Assembly: GCA_964016885.1 (NCBI GenBank)
Contig: OZ024754.1
Coordinates: 4,526,001-4,590,000, forward strand
Source of the DNA: Eledone cirrhosa
Lineage: Eukaryota
Length of the DNA stretch: 64,000 nt
Reading direction: 5' to 3'
The notes beneath the pieces are model-generated. The model was not told the origin of the DNA. It saw only the letters and a list, made by a program, of their open reading frames with translations, and did no database searches. Of the stretch, positions 38,431-51,350 are shown one piece after another. Numbering within the stretch: the first letter of the stretch is position 1; every line of letters starts with the position of its first letter. Both the position numbers and the translations under genes were made by a program.

Positions 38431-39146
38431 ATGTCAGTGAATATAACATTGTAAACTGTAGAATTTGTGATTACCTACACACTCACACTCACACACTTTC
38501 ACACTCACACACTCACACACACACATTTTCTATCTATCTTTCCCTCTCTCATTCTCTCTCTCTCGCTTCTAACACACACACAGATTTTCTCTCCCTCACA
38601 CACACACACAGTCAAAAAAACTCACACACACACATTTTCTCTTTCTCAAGCTCTCTCTCTCTATCTCTACCTGTCTCTCTCTTCTAACACACACACACAC
38701 ACACACACACATTTTCTCTCTTTCTCTCTCTCTCTTTCTCAAGCTCTCTCTTTCTCTTCCTGTCTCTTCTCTCACATACACACACACACAACTATACACA
38801 TACAAAAGAAATACGTATATTACATACTATAAACTGTTAACAAAGGAGCGTCTGATCATTTCAAGAAGGAAAGAAAGAATGAAAGAAAAAAGACAGAGAG
38901 GGATTATAAAGAAAGAATAATGAAGGAACGAACGATAGAAAGAAAAGAATGAAAATAAAGAAAAAAATATGGAAGGAGGGATTAGAAAGAAAAGAAGAAT
39001 AATGAAGGAATGAACGAAAGAAAGAAAGATGGATGGAAAGAAAGAAAGAAAGGAAGGTGGGTGGAAAGAAGATGGCAAGAGAGATTAGAAAGAAAAGAGA
39101 AGAATAATGAAGGAATGAACGAACGAAAGAAAGAAAGATGGATGGA

Positions 39147-39177
<31 letters not shown>

Positions 39178-39760
39178 GAAGGTGGGTGGAAAGAAGATGG
39201 CAAGAGAGATTAGAAAGAAAAGAGAAGAATAATGAATGAATGAAAAATAGAAAGAAAGAAAGTGAAGAGGAGGAAATAGTTTAGTTAAGAAGATATATAT
39301 GACGAGGAAGGAGAGAAAAATGGCGGTAAACCATAATAGAAAGAAATAAAGGAAGCAATTCTGTGTAAGATGGTGAAATGATTATCACTTGAAGATGGTT
39401 ATTACTTGGAGAGGTCAAGCCTTTGAGTAAGGACAGAATATTATACACTTATCTCATCATAATTCTAAACTATTTGGTGTCCTGTTGTTATAAATGGCCA
39501 AGTAGCCACTTAAGAGCTACTTGAACTATGTTATTGGTCGTCGGTCCACTCTTGTGTTCTTGCTGGAATCGTCTGTTGACTCAATACTAATACCTACAAT
39601 TATATGCTTATGTATGTATGTGTGTGTGTGCGTATATATATATAGTGTGTGTGTGTGTGTGAATTTATAGTATATGTAATGTATCAATGCATATAGCCAC
39701 ATATGTACATGTATTTATGTACTCACTCACTCACACGCGCACACACACACACACACACAG

Positions 39761-39793
<33 letters not shown>

Positions 39794-39864
39794 CACATAT
39801 ATATATACACACAGACATATATATATATATACACATATAAATATACACATATTTATATATATAC

Positions 39865-39911
<47 letters not shown>

Positions 39912-39968
39912 TGTATATATACACGCACACACACACATATATATATATACACATATATATATATACAC

Positions 39969-40022
<54 letters not shown>

Positions 40023-40032
40023 CTATATATAC

Positions 40033-40070
<38 letters not shown>

Positions 40071-40106
40071 CTATATACACACATATATATATACACACAT
40101 ATATAT

Positions 40107-40197
<91 letters not shown>

Positions 40198-40349
40198 CAT
40201 ACACACATATATAAACATATACATATATATATATATACACACACACACATTCTCCTGTTGCTACTGTACATGTTGATATCTACCGACAGTAATGTTCATC
40301 TGATTTCTCAATTACTCATGCTGTTGCTGTTGTTGCTGTTGTTGTTGTT

Positions 40350-40545
40350 GTTATTCTGCACCAGGACAAACTTAACTGACCAATCATACGTTGTAAGGTG
40401 TCCCAGCCGTGACCACACCCTCATATTTCAGGCATGGTATACCGGGAAGTATATGATTATTTTGTCCAGATGTCACTGTGAGATTTGAGAGGAGACTTGG
40501 CTGCTATTTCTAGAAGTTAGATTAACCTAGTAGAGTTTCCTCTTT
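40350..40545. repeat. Old interspersed repeat (also 51655-51850, 51880-51955, 53925-54000, 55700-55895)
   Basis: Shared (GTT)n-TTTAGCCC.AGGTCAGCC.TGAT...TATGATCAAAG...CCAGCCGTGACCA...TTGGCTGCTATTTCTAG motifs. Confidence 0.6.
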
Positions 40546-40579
40546 GGCTTAATTTTGATCGCGGCATTGTTCTACACGT

Positions 40580-40700
40580 ACGGCCCTTTACGGTCTGAGT
40601 TTAAGTCACGCCGAGGTTAACTTTACCTTTCATCCTTACGGTGTCGATAAAATAAAGTACCAGTAATACACTGTGATAATTGCTGGCCTTGTGTGCAAAA
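40580..40700 (+). mobile_element. Family A SINE (partial)
   Basis: Match to the in-window consensus. Confidence 0.85.
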
Positions 40701-41005
40701 ACGCCGAGAATAAGTAAGTGACATAGTCACTACTTTAAAACTCATAGCGAATGGTCTTCTAAATGTTTTTAATTCAACATACAATATATTGCCAAATATA
40801 CTATACATACATTCATGTATACATCGCTATTTCAGAGCACCAATACTAATATATATATATATATCTTAAGGTTTGTTGTTTCACCACTGGATAGAACTGG
40901 TCATTCCGTATGGTCAATCCTGGTGTAATATTGTGAAGAGTACTCAACGCAGTGCAGTTCACCCATCTTCGTTTGTGTAGTTGGTGGTGCGAATACGGAG
41001 TTAAT

Positions 41006-41288
41006 TATAAATGAAATAACAGGAGGCTGGACTGGTGTAAATCCTTGAAAGGTTTATTATACTACTATGATCATATGAATCCGGTGATATCATCAGGTAT
41101 TGGAATATAACAAAGGAATATGTAAAAAGCCGTGGGTCCGAAAAACCATGGGTCCGAGAAACCAGAGACAGAGAGGGCGGCTGACCAACTAGCTTCACAG
41201 CCAGCCGCCCCCGATCATTGAAATGATCATAGTATAATAAACCTTTCAAGGATTTACACCAGTCCAGCCTCCTGTTATTTCATTTATA
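41006..41288 (-). mobile_element. Copy of the 836-1032 element with its 3' end duplicated in inverted orientation
   Basis: Arms 41006-41074 and 41223-41288; interior matches 836-950 reversed. Confidence 0.8.
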
Positions 41289-41313
41289 TATATATATGTG
41301 TATATATATATAT

Positions 41314-41540
41314 ATACGATATTAATAAATGGAAACTATATTTATAAAACCATATTTATTTCATTATACATATTTCAAGGATACCATGTTAAATTATGGT
41401 GTGCCTTCATCAGACAAAATACAATATATACCAGTTTTATAAATAAACATTGACGTACCCTTTCAAAGTGTCGAGTGCTTTATATCAGTTATAAAAATAT
41501 TTGCTTGTTGTATCCCAACAATTTAAATAGAACTTTTGCA
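41314..41540. mobile_element. Second copy of the 33184 fold-back element, lacking the right arm
   Basis: Inverted arm 41314-41457 joined to the GAGTGCTTTATATCAG tail; (TA)n on both sides. Confidence 0.85.
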
Positions 41541-41893
41541 TATATATATATATATATATATACCACCACCCCACTCTCAAGAGGGTGAAATTAATAAACC
41601 TTTGTACGTACTGCCTCTCTGTTTTGTTCCCGTTCAATTTTTCACTATATATATATATATACACACAAATGGAAGTACAGCATATTCGAAGCTCGAGCCG
41701 CAGCTAAGCCGACGAATGCATTCAGAAGTCAGCCAAGCACTCGATAAGGTATAAAAGCTTACAGTTATAACATACAGTTTAAAGGGCTTTGCAAATTGAA
41801 GATGGCGACCGGTATTTCAGCCGCGTGGTCTGTAGTAACGAAAGAACTGACTCGCGAGAAAAAATACATACATATATACACACATATATATAT

Positions 41894-42290
41894 AATTGTT
41901 TCTACTTTAGGCACAAGGCCAGCAATTACCCAGTGCATTACTGGTACTTTATTTTATCGACCCCGTGAGGATGAAAGGCAAAGTCAACCTCGGCGGGATT
42001 TGAACTCAGATCGTAAAGGGACGTAACTATGCTGGAAAGCATGGCGTCCGACCCTCTACCGATACTGCCAATCCACCGCCCTTATACATACATATATATA
42101 TAATGGTTTCTTATATAGGCACAAGGGCAGCAATTTTGGGGGAAGGGGAAAGTCGATTAAATTGACCCCAACGTGTAACTGGTACTTTATTTTATCGACC
42201 GCGTAAGGATGAAAGCAGAGTTAACCTCGGCGGGATTTGAACTCAGATCATAAAGGGACGTAACTCTATGCTGCAAAACATTGGGTCCGA
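41894..42290 (-). mobile_element. Two family A SINEs (41894-42081 and long-tail variant 42102-42290)
   Basis: Match to the in-window consensus. Confidence 0.9.
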
Positions 42291-42293
42291 TAT

Positions 42294-42329
<36 letters not shown>

Positions 42330-42486
42330 TGTATTGGTGTGTATAATATTTAGTTACTATGGGTCACTAATTTAATGACTCAATGATATGGGTCCCCATA
42401 TTTGGTATTTCAACGTATTCGGTATTCTTAAGAAGCAGTGATAGTAAGTTGGTAATTTATCAACTCCTCAGTGATGAAAGGTAATC

Positions 42487-42654
42487 AATCCCTCGGCGGG
42501 ATTCGAACTCAATCCCTCGGCGGGATTCGAACTCAATCCCTCGGCGGGATTCGAACTCAATCCCTCGGCGGGATTTGAACTCAATCCCTCGGCGGGATTT
42601 GAACTCAATCCCTCGGCGGGATTTGAACTCAATCCCTCGGCGGGATTTGAACTC
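42487..42654 (-). repeat. 7 x 24-bp tandem array of the SINE B-box region
   Basis: Unit AATCCCTCGGCGGGATT(C/T)GAACTC; minus strand GAGTTC(G/A)AATCC. Confidence 0.95.
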
Positions 42655-43068
42655 AGAGTGCGGAGAACCAAAACGGTTATCGCAAATCATGCAATTCGTT
42701 GACTGTCTATGTGTGTATGTGTTCATATATATACACACAGACACACAGACACACAGGCAGACAGACATACAGACACACTCACACAGACAGGTCAACTGTC
42801 ATAAAACAGGTGTTAACAAGCCGCCACACCCTGTAGCGATGGCTGTAAAATCTAAACTGATATCAGTTGGTCAAAGGTAAATCTTGACAATTGAAATGTC
42901 GGTTAAACACAATAACATTTATATTGACCACAAGAGCCTTATATAACAAAAGTTGCGATGAAATCTGAAGTGTTTATGGGCGTCTCTTAGTATTTAAGTG
43001 TCTGTATTACGTCTGTCTGAAGCTACGTCTGTATGCGTAGTCGTAAAAGTGAATACGTATATAATATG

Positions 43069-43138
<70 letters not shown>

Positions 43139-43214
43139 CATATTAGTGAGTGTTCGTCCACGTATATAAACATGTATAGACATAAATATATGTTAATATT
43201 TATACATCTGTGTG

Positions 43215-43248
<34 letters not shown>

Positions 43249-43499
43249 CATATTAGTGAGTGTTCGTCCACGTATATAAACATGTATAGACATAAATATA
43301 TGTTAATATTTATACATCTGTGTATATATATATAAATATATATATGTGTGTGTGTGTGTGTGTTAAAATTGATATGTATTTTCAAGATATGTGTATACAT
43401 ATATATGTATCATATAGAGTATATAAATATAGATAAATGTGTGTTGTTAAAATTGATATATATTTCAAGATATGTATACATATATATGCATCATTTAAA

Positions 43500-43545
<46 letters not shown>

Positions 43546-43694
43546 CGTACATAATAATCACACATATATGAATTATAGTTTCATTAAAAAAAAATTATGA
43601 AACTTCGTTGAGTCAAATGTCAAAAATTCCATGATATTTTCAGTTAAAAATATCACCATCTGCTTAAACTTTCTTTCACCGTAACAGTACAGTA

Positions 43695-43728
<34 letters not shown>

Positions 43729-43730
<2 letters not shown>

Positions 43731-43804
43731 GGTGTCCCAAAAAATGTATACACTTCTCAACAGCATTCTAATAAACGTGTGTACACATTTTCTGGGACAA
43801 CCTA
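43729..43804. mobile_element. ~75-bp Tc1/mariner-like MITE in (TA)n
   Basis: TIRs GGTGTCCCAAAAAATGTATACAC / GTGTACACATTTTCTGGGACAACC. Confidence 0.7.
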
Positions 43805-43891
43805 TCTATATATATATAGTTCAAGAAATGACAAGACAAAGACAAAGATGCAAAGCCACACACACGTATATATCTCTGCATATATATGGAT

Positions 43892-43933
<42 letters not shown>

Positions 43934-44088
43934 GTATATGCTTGCATTTACATACATATAGAGAAAAATTTACAAAATGATTGAAAACTTCACAATCTAG
44001 TACATATATATATATACTGATATATATATATTGTATGTATATATATATGCATATTGTATGTATATATATGCATATATATATATTTATA

Positions 44089-44126
<38 letters not shown>

Positions 44127-44282
44127 TTACATATATAGTACATATATAGTACATATATATATGCTTACATATATATACATATATATATAATATATATATT
44201 CATATGCTAATATTTATATAGATGCTTATATATATATATATATATATATATAGTCCATATATATATAGTACATATATATACA

Positions 44283-44322
<40 letters not shown>

Positions 44323-44540
44323 CATCCAGTCTAATATGTCGTCAGGTTTATCAATGTGACCTAAATATATGATGCAGGAAATCTGGCTGTGGTGCCCTTT
44401 CATGCAATAACTTCCGGCCTGGACTTGTGAGACCGCTGGCTGGGTTTGACAGACACATACATACACACACATATATATATATACATATACGCAGATATAC
44501 ATAGGCGTATACATTGGAATATATATATATATATATACGC

Positions 44541-44574
<34 letters not shown>

Positions 44575-44585
44575 TTAATATAGAT

Positions 44586-44638
44586 GAGATTCTACAGGAC
44601 TAGAACTGTTTCATTCGTTAGAAATCATCAGGAATCTC
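44586..44638 (-). ncRNA. Type I hammerhead ribozyme
   Basis: Minus strand GAGATTC-CTGATGA-t TTC taac GAA t-GAAA-CAG ttctagtc CTG-TA-GAATCTC: 7-bp helix I, 4-bp helix III, complete core, GUA triplet. Confidence 0.85.
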
Positions 44639-44885
44639 TCATATATATATATATGAGAGAGAGAGTGTGTGTTTTTCTATGGGGCTTAGACTGAGGAGGC
44701 CACTAATCATGTGAGTACTAGATACGTGGGGAGACGTGAAGGGGGTATAGAGTTATGTAACATCCTGACCGCGGCGCCAACCCGAAACCTGTTAGGCTTT
44801 TACATATATATATATTTATATATATATATTTCGTTTCTGAATTTGTTTAGCAAGATTCTTTATCTGAAAACGTGTGTTGAATCCG

Positions 44886-45064
44886 ATATTGTTATACTTT
44901 GGGAGGGTCATGTTGCCAATAAGAAACACACGCACCAGTTGCTTTCACTCCAATTTATTATAAAGTAAAAAAATTTGTTTTTTTATTTATCATAAATTGG
45001 AGTGAAAGCAACTGGTGCGTGTGTTTCTTATTGGCAACATGACCCTCCCAAAGTATAACAATAT
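44886..45064. repeat. Perfect 73-bp inverted repeat with 33-bp AT-rich spacer
   Basis: 44886-44958 is the reverse complement of 44992-45064; ends in (TA)n. Confidence 0.92.
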
Positions 45065-45191
45065 ATATATATATATATCCAGGGAGTGTAACTTGGAATT
45101 ACTGTTGGTTCACCCGCGTGAGCACTCGATGTTTAGGTTCACTTCTGTGTCGATGTGTAGAGCTAAACAGAGTGTATTATATACTATAATT

Positions 45192-45288
<97 letters not shown>

Positions 45289-45559
45289 TGTATATATATA
45301 TATATATATGTATAGATAGATAGATATATATATCTATATATATATATATGTATAGATAGATAGATATATATATGTATAGATAGATAGATATATCCACAGG
45401 GAAATGGGAAAATCTCGGCTTATGGAAGCCTGTTAGAACACCAGAAGCCGCCGAAGCAGCGTTGGGTAAAAAATACTTTACCTTGAAGGGCAGAGATCAG
45501 CGGCTAGAAATGAGTTGACTCGACTCGAAGGAAGGAAGAGAAGATAGGGAGAAAGAAAA

Positions 45560-45719
45560 AGAATGTATAAGAGTGAAGAGGTCACAAAAATTATATAATT
45601 GTTTCTACTTTTGGCACGAGGCCAACAATTACCCAGTGCATTACTGGTACTTGTTGGCCTCGTGCCAAAAGTAGAAACAATTATATAATTTTTGTGACCT
45701 GTTCACTCTCATACATTCT
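45560..45719. repeat. ~69-bp inverted repeat made of a SINE tail plus its unique flank
   Basis: Arms 45560-45628 and 45651-45719; the 22-bp spacer is SINE sequence. Confidence 0.9.
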
Positions 45720-45752
45720 GCTCGTCAGATCTCAACCACCTGTAATTTCGAC

Positions 45753-46249
45753 GTCACCAAATACCTGACAGATTTTAGCAATTTAGAATATTTCCATGTA
45801 CATCAATCAAGCCATGGTTACTGGAGGTGTATATAAACATATATTTATATACACCTCTGTATATAAACATATATTTATGTACACTAAACGTGGTTCTGTC
45901 TTTGCGCGTAATTGTTTTTCACCGCTCCTATTAATGACGTATTATATTCGTTTTTTCCCGTTCTTTGCCAGGGAACGTTTCCACGAACCAAAGTATCGTC
46001 TTCCTGTCTTCCTCCGGTTGCAACGTTTTTTGAAATATCCAGTTCTGCGTTTACAGATTGACTTTGTTAGTTTCAGAAGATCCCGTTAAGGGTGAAAGCA
46101 GCGATTCTTTGCTTAAACTTTAATCTGTTATTTTAATAAATATACACCTCTGTATATAAACATATATTTATGTACACCTCTAGTAATCATGACCATTGAT
46201 GTGCATGAAAATATTCTAAACTGCCAAAATCTGTCTGCTATTTGGTAAC
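45753..46249. mobile_element. MITE-like fold-back (~85-bp imperfect arms) with a nested 255-bp insert
   Basis: GTCACCAAATACCTGACAGATTTTAGCAATTTAGAATATT vs AATATTCTAAACTGCCAAAATCTGTCTGCTATTTGGTAAC; 38-bp direct repeat 45847-45884 and 46140-46177. Confidence 0.7.
46069..46119 (+). ncRNA. Type I hammerhead-like fold with variant core CAGAAGA
   Basis: AGTTT-CAGAAGA-TCCCGTTAAGGGT-GAAA-GCA(gcgattctt)TGC-TT-AAACT, then AATAAA. Confidence 0.55.
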
Positions 46250-46440
46250 ACAGTATGAAATCTAGCTTCAATCCTTCATATGACTTACACATATGATGAT
46301 AAAACAAACTTAGTTAAGTTATGTTCCAGACATCAGATTACTAATAAGAAAGTTAAGATAATTCAATAAATCCCTCCAAATTCTTGATTATTTTCGAAAC
46401 TAAAATTTCTGTGGAGGGGAGCAGGTGTATTGAAATTCCA

Positions 46441-46837
46441 GTGGATTGGCAGTATCGGTAGAGGGACGGACTCCATGCTTTGTAGCATAGAGTTACGCCC
46501 CTTTGCGCCCGGTCTGAGTTCAAATACCGCCGAGGTTAGCTTTGCCTTTCATCCTTAACGGGTTGATAAAATAAAGTACCAGTAATGCACTGGGATAATT
46601 GCTGGTCTTGTGCCAAAAGTAGAAACAATTTAAAGCTGAACGTGATTAATAAATATATATATCTTTTTTGATAGATGGTATAAATTCGAGTTAATCGATA
46701 TTAGAATATTATTGGTTTCTGAAATAGACATAAGGACAAACCATTTTGGGGGAGGGGAAATTCGACTAAATTGACCCCAGTGTACCAGTAATGCACTGGG
46801 GTTAATCGCTGGCCTTGTGCCAAAAGTAGAAACAATT
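46441..46837 (+). mobile_element. Family A SINE (46441-46629) and a fusion of two oppositely oriented SINE tails (46712-46837)
   Basis: Match to the in-window consensus. Confidence 0.85.
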
Positions 46838-47218
46838 AATTCCACTGTAAGTTTTGTCCGTAGCTGCATTTGGCCCTTATTAAGTAAAAACTTTTTTTTT
46901 TTGTTTCATAAATATATTTCTCGTAAACATATATTACTCGAGAGTAAAAGGTTAAGCTATGGTTTTTAAGATGCTTTACCTCCAAGTAAGGGTCAGGAAT
47001 GTAAAAGACATCAGCAAAAAAATACAGGAAGAATTTTCGGGGACATGGAACGAAGGTAGATGTATATTTTGTGTCATAATATAAAAACATTATGATGGGT
47101 GATAGTGGTACAGGAAGGCATGTCAACTGTCTTGACAAACCGATGTTAATATGTCGTAATCTATGGAGGTCAAGTGTGTATATATATATATATATATGTA
47201 TATGTGTGTATATATATA

Positions 47219-47250
<32 letters not shown>

Positions 47251-47567
47251 CGTGTGTGTGTGTGTGTGTATGAAAATATGCAAATAAATAAGTCAATGAA
47301 TATATTTATACGTAATCCAAACGTACATATACGTATACATACCTACGAGCATACATATATACTCACATATACATGTGTATATATATGTATATATATGTAT
47401 ATATATGTATATATATGTCTGTGTGTGCGTGTAAATACGCATATATATATATATATATATATATATAGATATTTTTTTTTTTACATACATACATGTGTAT
47501 GTATGTATATGCATATAAATGTGTGTGAGTTTATATATACGAGTGTATGTCCGTATGTGATTGTGTA

Positions 47568-47604
<37 letters not shown>

Positions 47605-47611
47605 ATAGATA

Positions 47612-47651
<40 letters not shown>

Positions 47652-47780
47652 GACATATATTATATACATACATACATACATACATACATACATACATACA
47701 TACATACATACATACATACATACATACATACATACATACATACATACATACATACATACATACATACATACATACATACA

Positions 47781-47811
<31 letters not shown>

Positions 47812-48135
47812 GTGTGTGTGTAAAAGACATTAAAACACACACACATGCATATAAACATACACATACACACACTTACACATACATACATCCACAGACATAC
47901 ACTGTCAACCTCCTAGCCAGTGTATGAATCATTGATATAATATCTAAGCCTTATTAACATTTGCATCTGTTTCCAACATAATGAAGATGTCATCACTGTA
48001 CGTTCTCTTGTGTTATTTCACATTTCACAATACGTTTGACAGTGTTAACCCGACTTCCGATAAAATGCCAACCCGACAATTGCCCAATAGCGCCAAGCGG
48101 ATCTAGCTGTATATATATGCATTTATATACACATA

Positions 48136-48166
<31 letters not shown>

Positions 48167-48170
48167 ACAC

Positions 48171-48226
<56 letters not shown>

Positions 48227-48271
48227 ATATTCATAGTCATGTATGTATTTATATTCATATACATGTATGTG

Positions 48272-48306
<35 letters not shown>

Positions 48307-48485
48307 ATATTCATAGTCATGTATGTATTTATATTCATATACATGTATGTATATATATATATGTGTGTGTGTGTGTGTATATATTCATAGTCATGTATGT
48401 ATTTATATTCATATACATGTATGTATATATATATATATATATATATATGCATATACATGTGTGTGTGTATATATATATATATACA

Positions 48486-48533
<48 letters not shown>

Positions 48534-49090
48534 TGTCTATGTCTACCTGTATACTATGCTATATGGGTATTTATCTAACCGTCTATTCCAATGAATCTGA
48601 CTTTACACATTTACATATTTATTTATTTTCTTTCTAAATCTTATATTAATACATTGTATTTATGTATATATATATATATATATATAAATATATATATATA
48701 TGTATGCTTCCGTCTATCCGTATTCTTTGCCTTATCTTTATCGTATCTTAATCTATCTATCACAGCTTTACATCAGAGATTTCAGAGCGAGATTTAAATG
48801 TCAAGTGAGCTACAGACAACAAGACTTCATTTATAGATTGATGAGATAGTGTATATGTTATATTGCCAGACATCAAATATTTAGAATTCTGTCCTTTTTC
48901 TTTAGTTTGGACTGTCGACAGCTTTATTGAAATTATACTTGTCAACATTACTACGAACGCGTCTGATTTATAAGCAACGCTATTAATTGATATAGATTTT
49001 TTTTTTTATCTTTATCTTTTATTATTGTTGTTGTTCTTCTTATTATTATCTTGTCGTGTTTTGTATATATATCAGACTTTCTTTCCATCT

Positions 49091-49145
<55 letters not shown>

Positions 49146-49565
49146 TTTCCTTATATTACATTTTTCTGTGTGTTAAGGGGACTTCCGTTAAAACGTTCTT
49201 CTCTTCAAGTTATTTACTTCGGAGTTGTTCTCTTAGCCGTTGGCCATGAAAGTAATTCTCTGATGGGGTCCGGCATTTTCTGTAATCTACGTTGTAGAGA
49301 TTTAATCAATTAGAAATCAGATGTTTGGCACCATGCCCTATATACATATTATACGAGAGATTGCCTGTGTATATGTGTGTGTGTGTGTCATGTACATACA
49401 CGCATACACACTCTCATATATATATATATATATATATATACAGGCATACATACACACATCTTACATACATCATACACTCATACATACATATATATATATA
49501 TATATATTTATTTATATGAAAAAATACATTTATATAATATATATATATATATTGTCTCTCTGTCG

Positions 49566-49607
<42 letters not shown>

Positions 49608-49661
49608 AGAGAGAAAGAGAGAGAAACGTACATTTATATGTATGTATGTGTCTGTGTGCGC

Positions 49662-49692
<31 letters not shown>

Positions 49693-49934
49693 GTCTCGCT
49701 TTCTCTCTCTTATAAATATATTCAGTTTGAAAAGCCTGACTTGGTGAGAGTTCGAAGGCACAGTCAATAGTATTTCATCTTTATATAAATATTTACCCCT
49801 GAATTTATTAATGTATTCAATATACTTTCGTTAGAGTTACATATTTGTTACTATTTTATCAAATTTCAAAAATGTTCCTATGTTTATATTTTTTTGTTTT
49901 TTTCTATGTTTTTATTTTTTTTGTTTTTGCATAG

Positions 49935-49996
49935 ACTGAGAAATAGAATCTCCAAATATTCGGTTGCACAAGCGCAATCCGAAGACCCAGTTTTTG
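49935..49996 (+). CDS. Candidate 62-bp internal coding exon (phase 2 to 1), LRNRISKYSVAQAQSEDPVF
   Basis: Long T-rich tract ending tttttgcatag, consensus donor TTG|gtgagt, exactly one open frame, non-repetitive composition. Confidence 0.55.
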
Positions 49997-51164
49997 GTGA
50001 GTTCGAATTTAACAATAATAACCCACCCACGAAAAAAAAAAAAAAAACACATATGACCCTATATCAATTTTAAAAATTCTTCTTTCAGCTTTCTTACTTT
50101 ATTGTTGTTGTAATTATTTATGTTATTGTTGTATTCATTGATGTTATTGTTGTATTCATTGTTAGCATTGTTGATACTGTTGCTTTTGTTAATATGATAC
50201 CCCAGGTAGTTATGATGAAAGGTGTTTCAGCAATGACCAAAGCGTTTTTTCCTTAACTCTTCGTGGCTCAGCAGCGACCAAAGCGTCTTTGTATAACTCC
50301 TCGTGTCCAGAGGTGTAACTGGGGAAAATGGCGCCTATGACAAACAATGAAATTGTGCTCCTGCCCAAATATCTGATAGGCCTCTTTCAGATAATCGTAA
50401 AATCAGCTAAAAGAATACCAATCGCGTATGGGCCTAATAATGTCTATAACTAATGTGCAGGAAACAGCAACTCATTTCTACTCTGGGAACTTCCTCACCA
50501 GCAGGTATTAATCAATACCGTCTCTTTAGATCCTCTTTAACAGATCTGCTTTCTGGAGATTCATTGTAATATTTTCTCTTTTTGCTGACTTTAACTTCCT
50601 CCCATCATCGCGTTTCAAATATTTCCCCCTAGCTTAATACTTTAAAAATTTGCTACCGTTCATGATGATTATTTTTAAATAGACTTCCCTTCTTCTGAAC
50701 TCGCCACTTCTTGCTTTAATACAACTACCTGAAATGTGAATGCTTTTTGCAGACTCTTCTCTGTTTCAACCATTTGGAGTAGGTTACGGGTTTGAAGATA
50801 CTTTCCTCTCTCCAATCCACAAGACATGTAAAACTTGGAGGGAGTCATGGACCCTGTTCTTCTCTACTTCGTTAAACAGCAAACAAAAAACAAACAAAAA
50901 ATCACCCAAATTTCCTTCGTTCCTGTTGATTATCTCCCCTCTTTTACCGCCAACAGCCTGCCAACATGTGTTTCTCCTTGTGAGCTCCCCGTCATTTGTT
51001 TCTATATTTTCTATTGTTTTTCTTCACGCACAATTTTTTCTCACAATTCCTAATTTATTCATGCGGTACCACCATAAAACATCTTTCTCCGACAAATGGT
51101 CTTGCCTGAATTATTAGATCTTTTTTTACTCACAAAGCGAATGACATTATTTATATTTTGATGA

Positions 51165-51350
51165 CGGTGGATTGGCAGAATCGGTAGAGTGTCAGACACC
51201 CTGCTTCGCAGCATAATTACGACCCTTTATGTTCTGAGTTCAAATCACGCCGAGGTTAACTTTGCCTTTCATCCTTACGGGGTCGATAAAATAAAGTACC
51301 AGTAATGCACTGGGATAATTGCTGGCCTTGTACCAAAAGCACAAACAATT
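51165..51350 (+). mobile_element. Family A SINE
   Basis: Match to the in-window consensus. Confidence 0.9.

Noticed and set aside
50307-50372. hAT-like terminus CAGAGGTGTAACTGGGGAAAATGGCGCC
   Set aside because: No partner TIR or TSD located.
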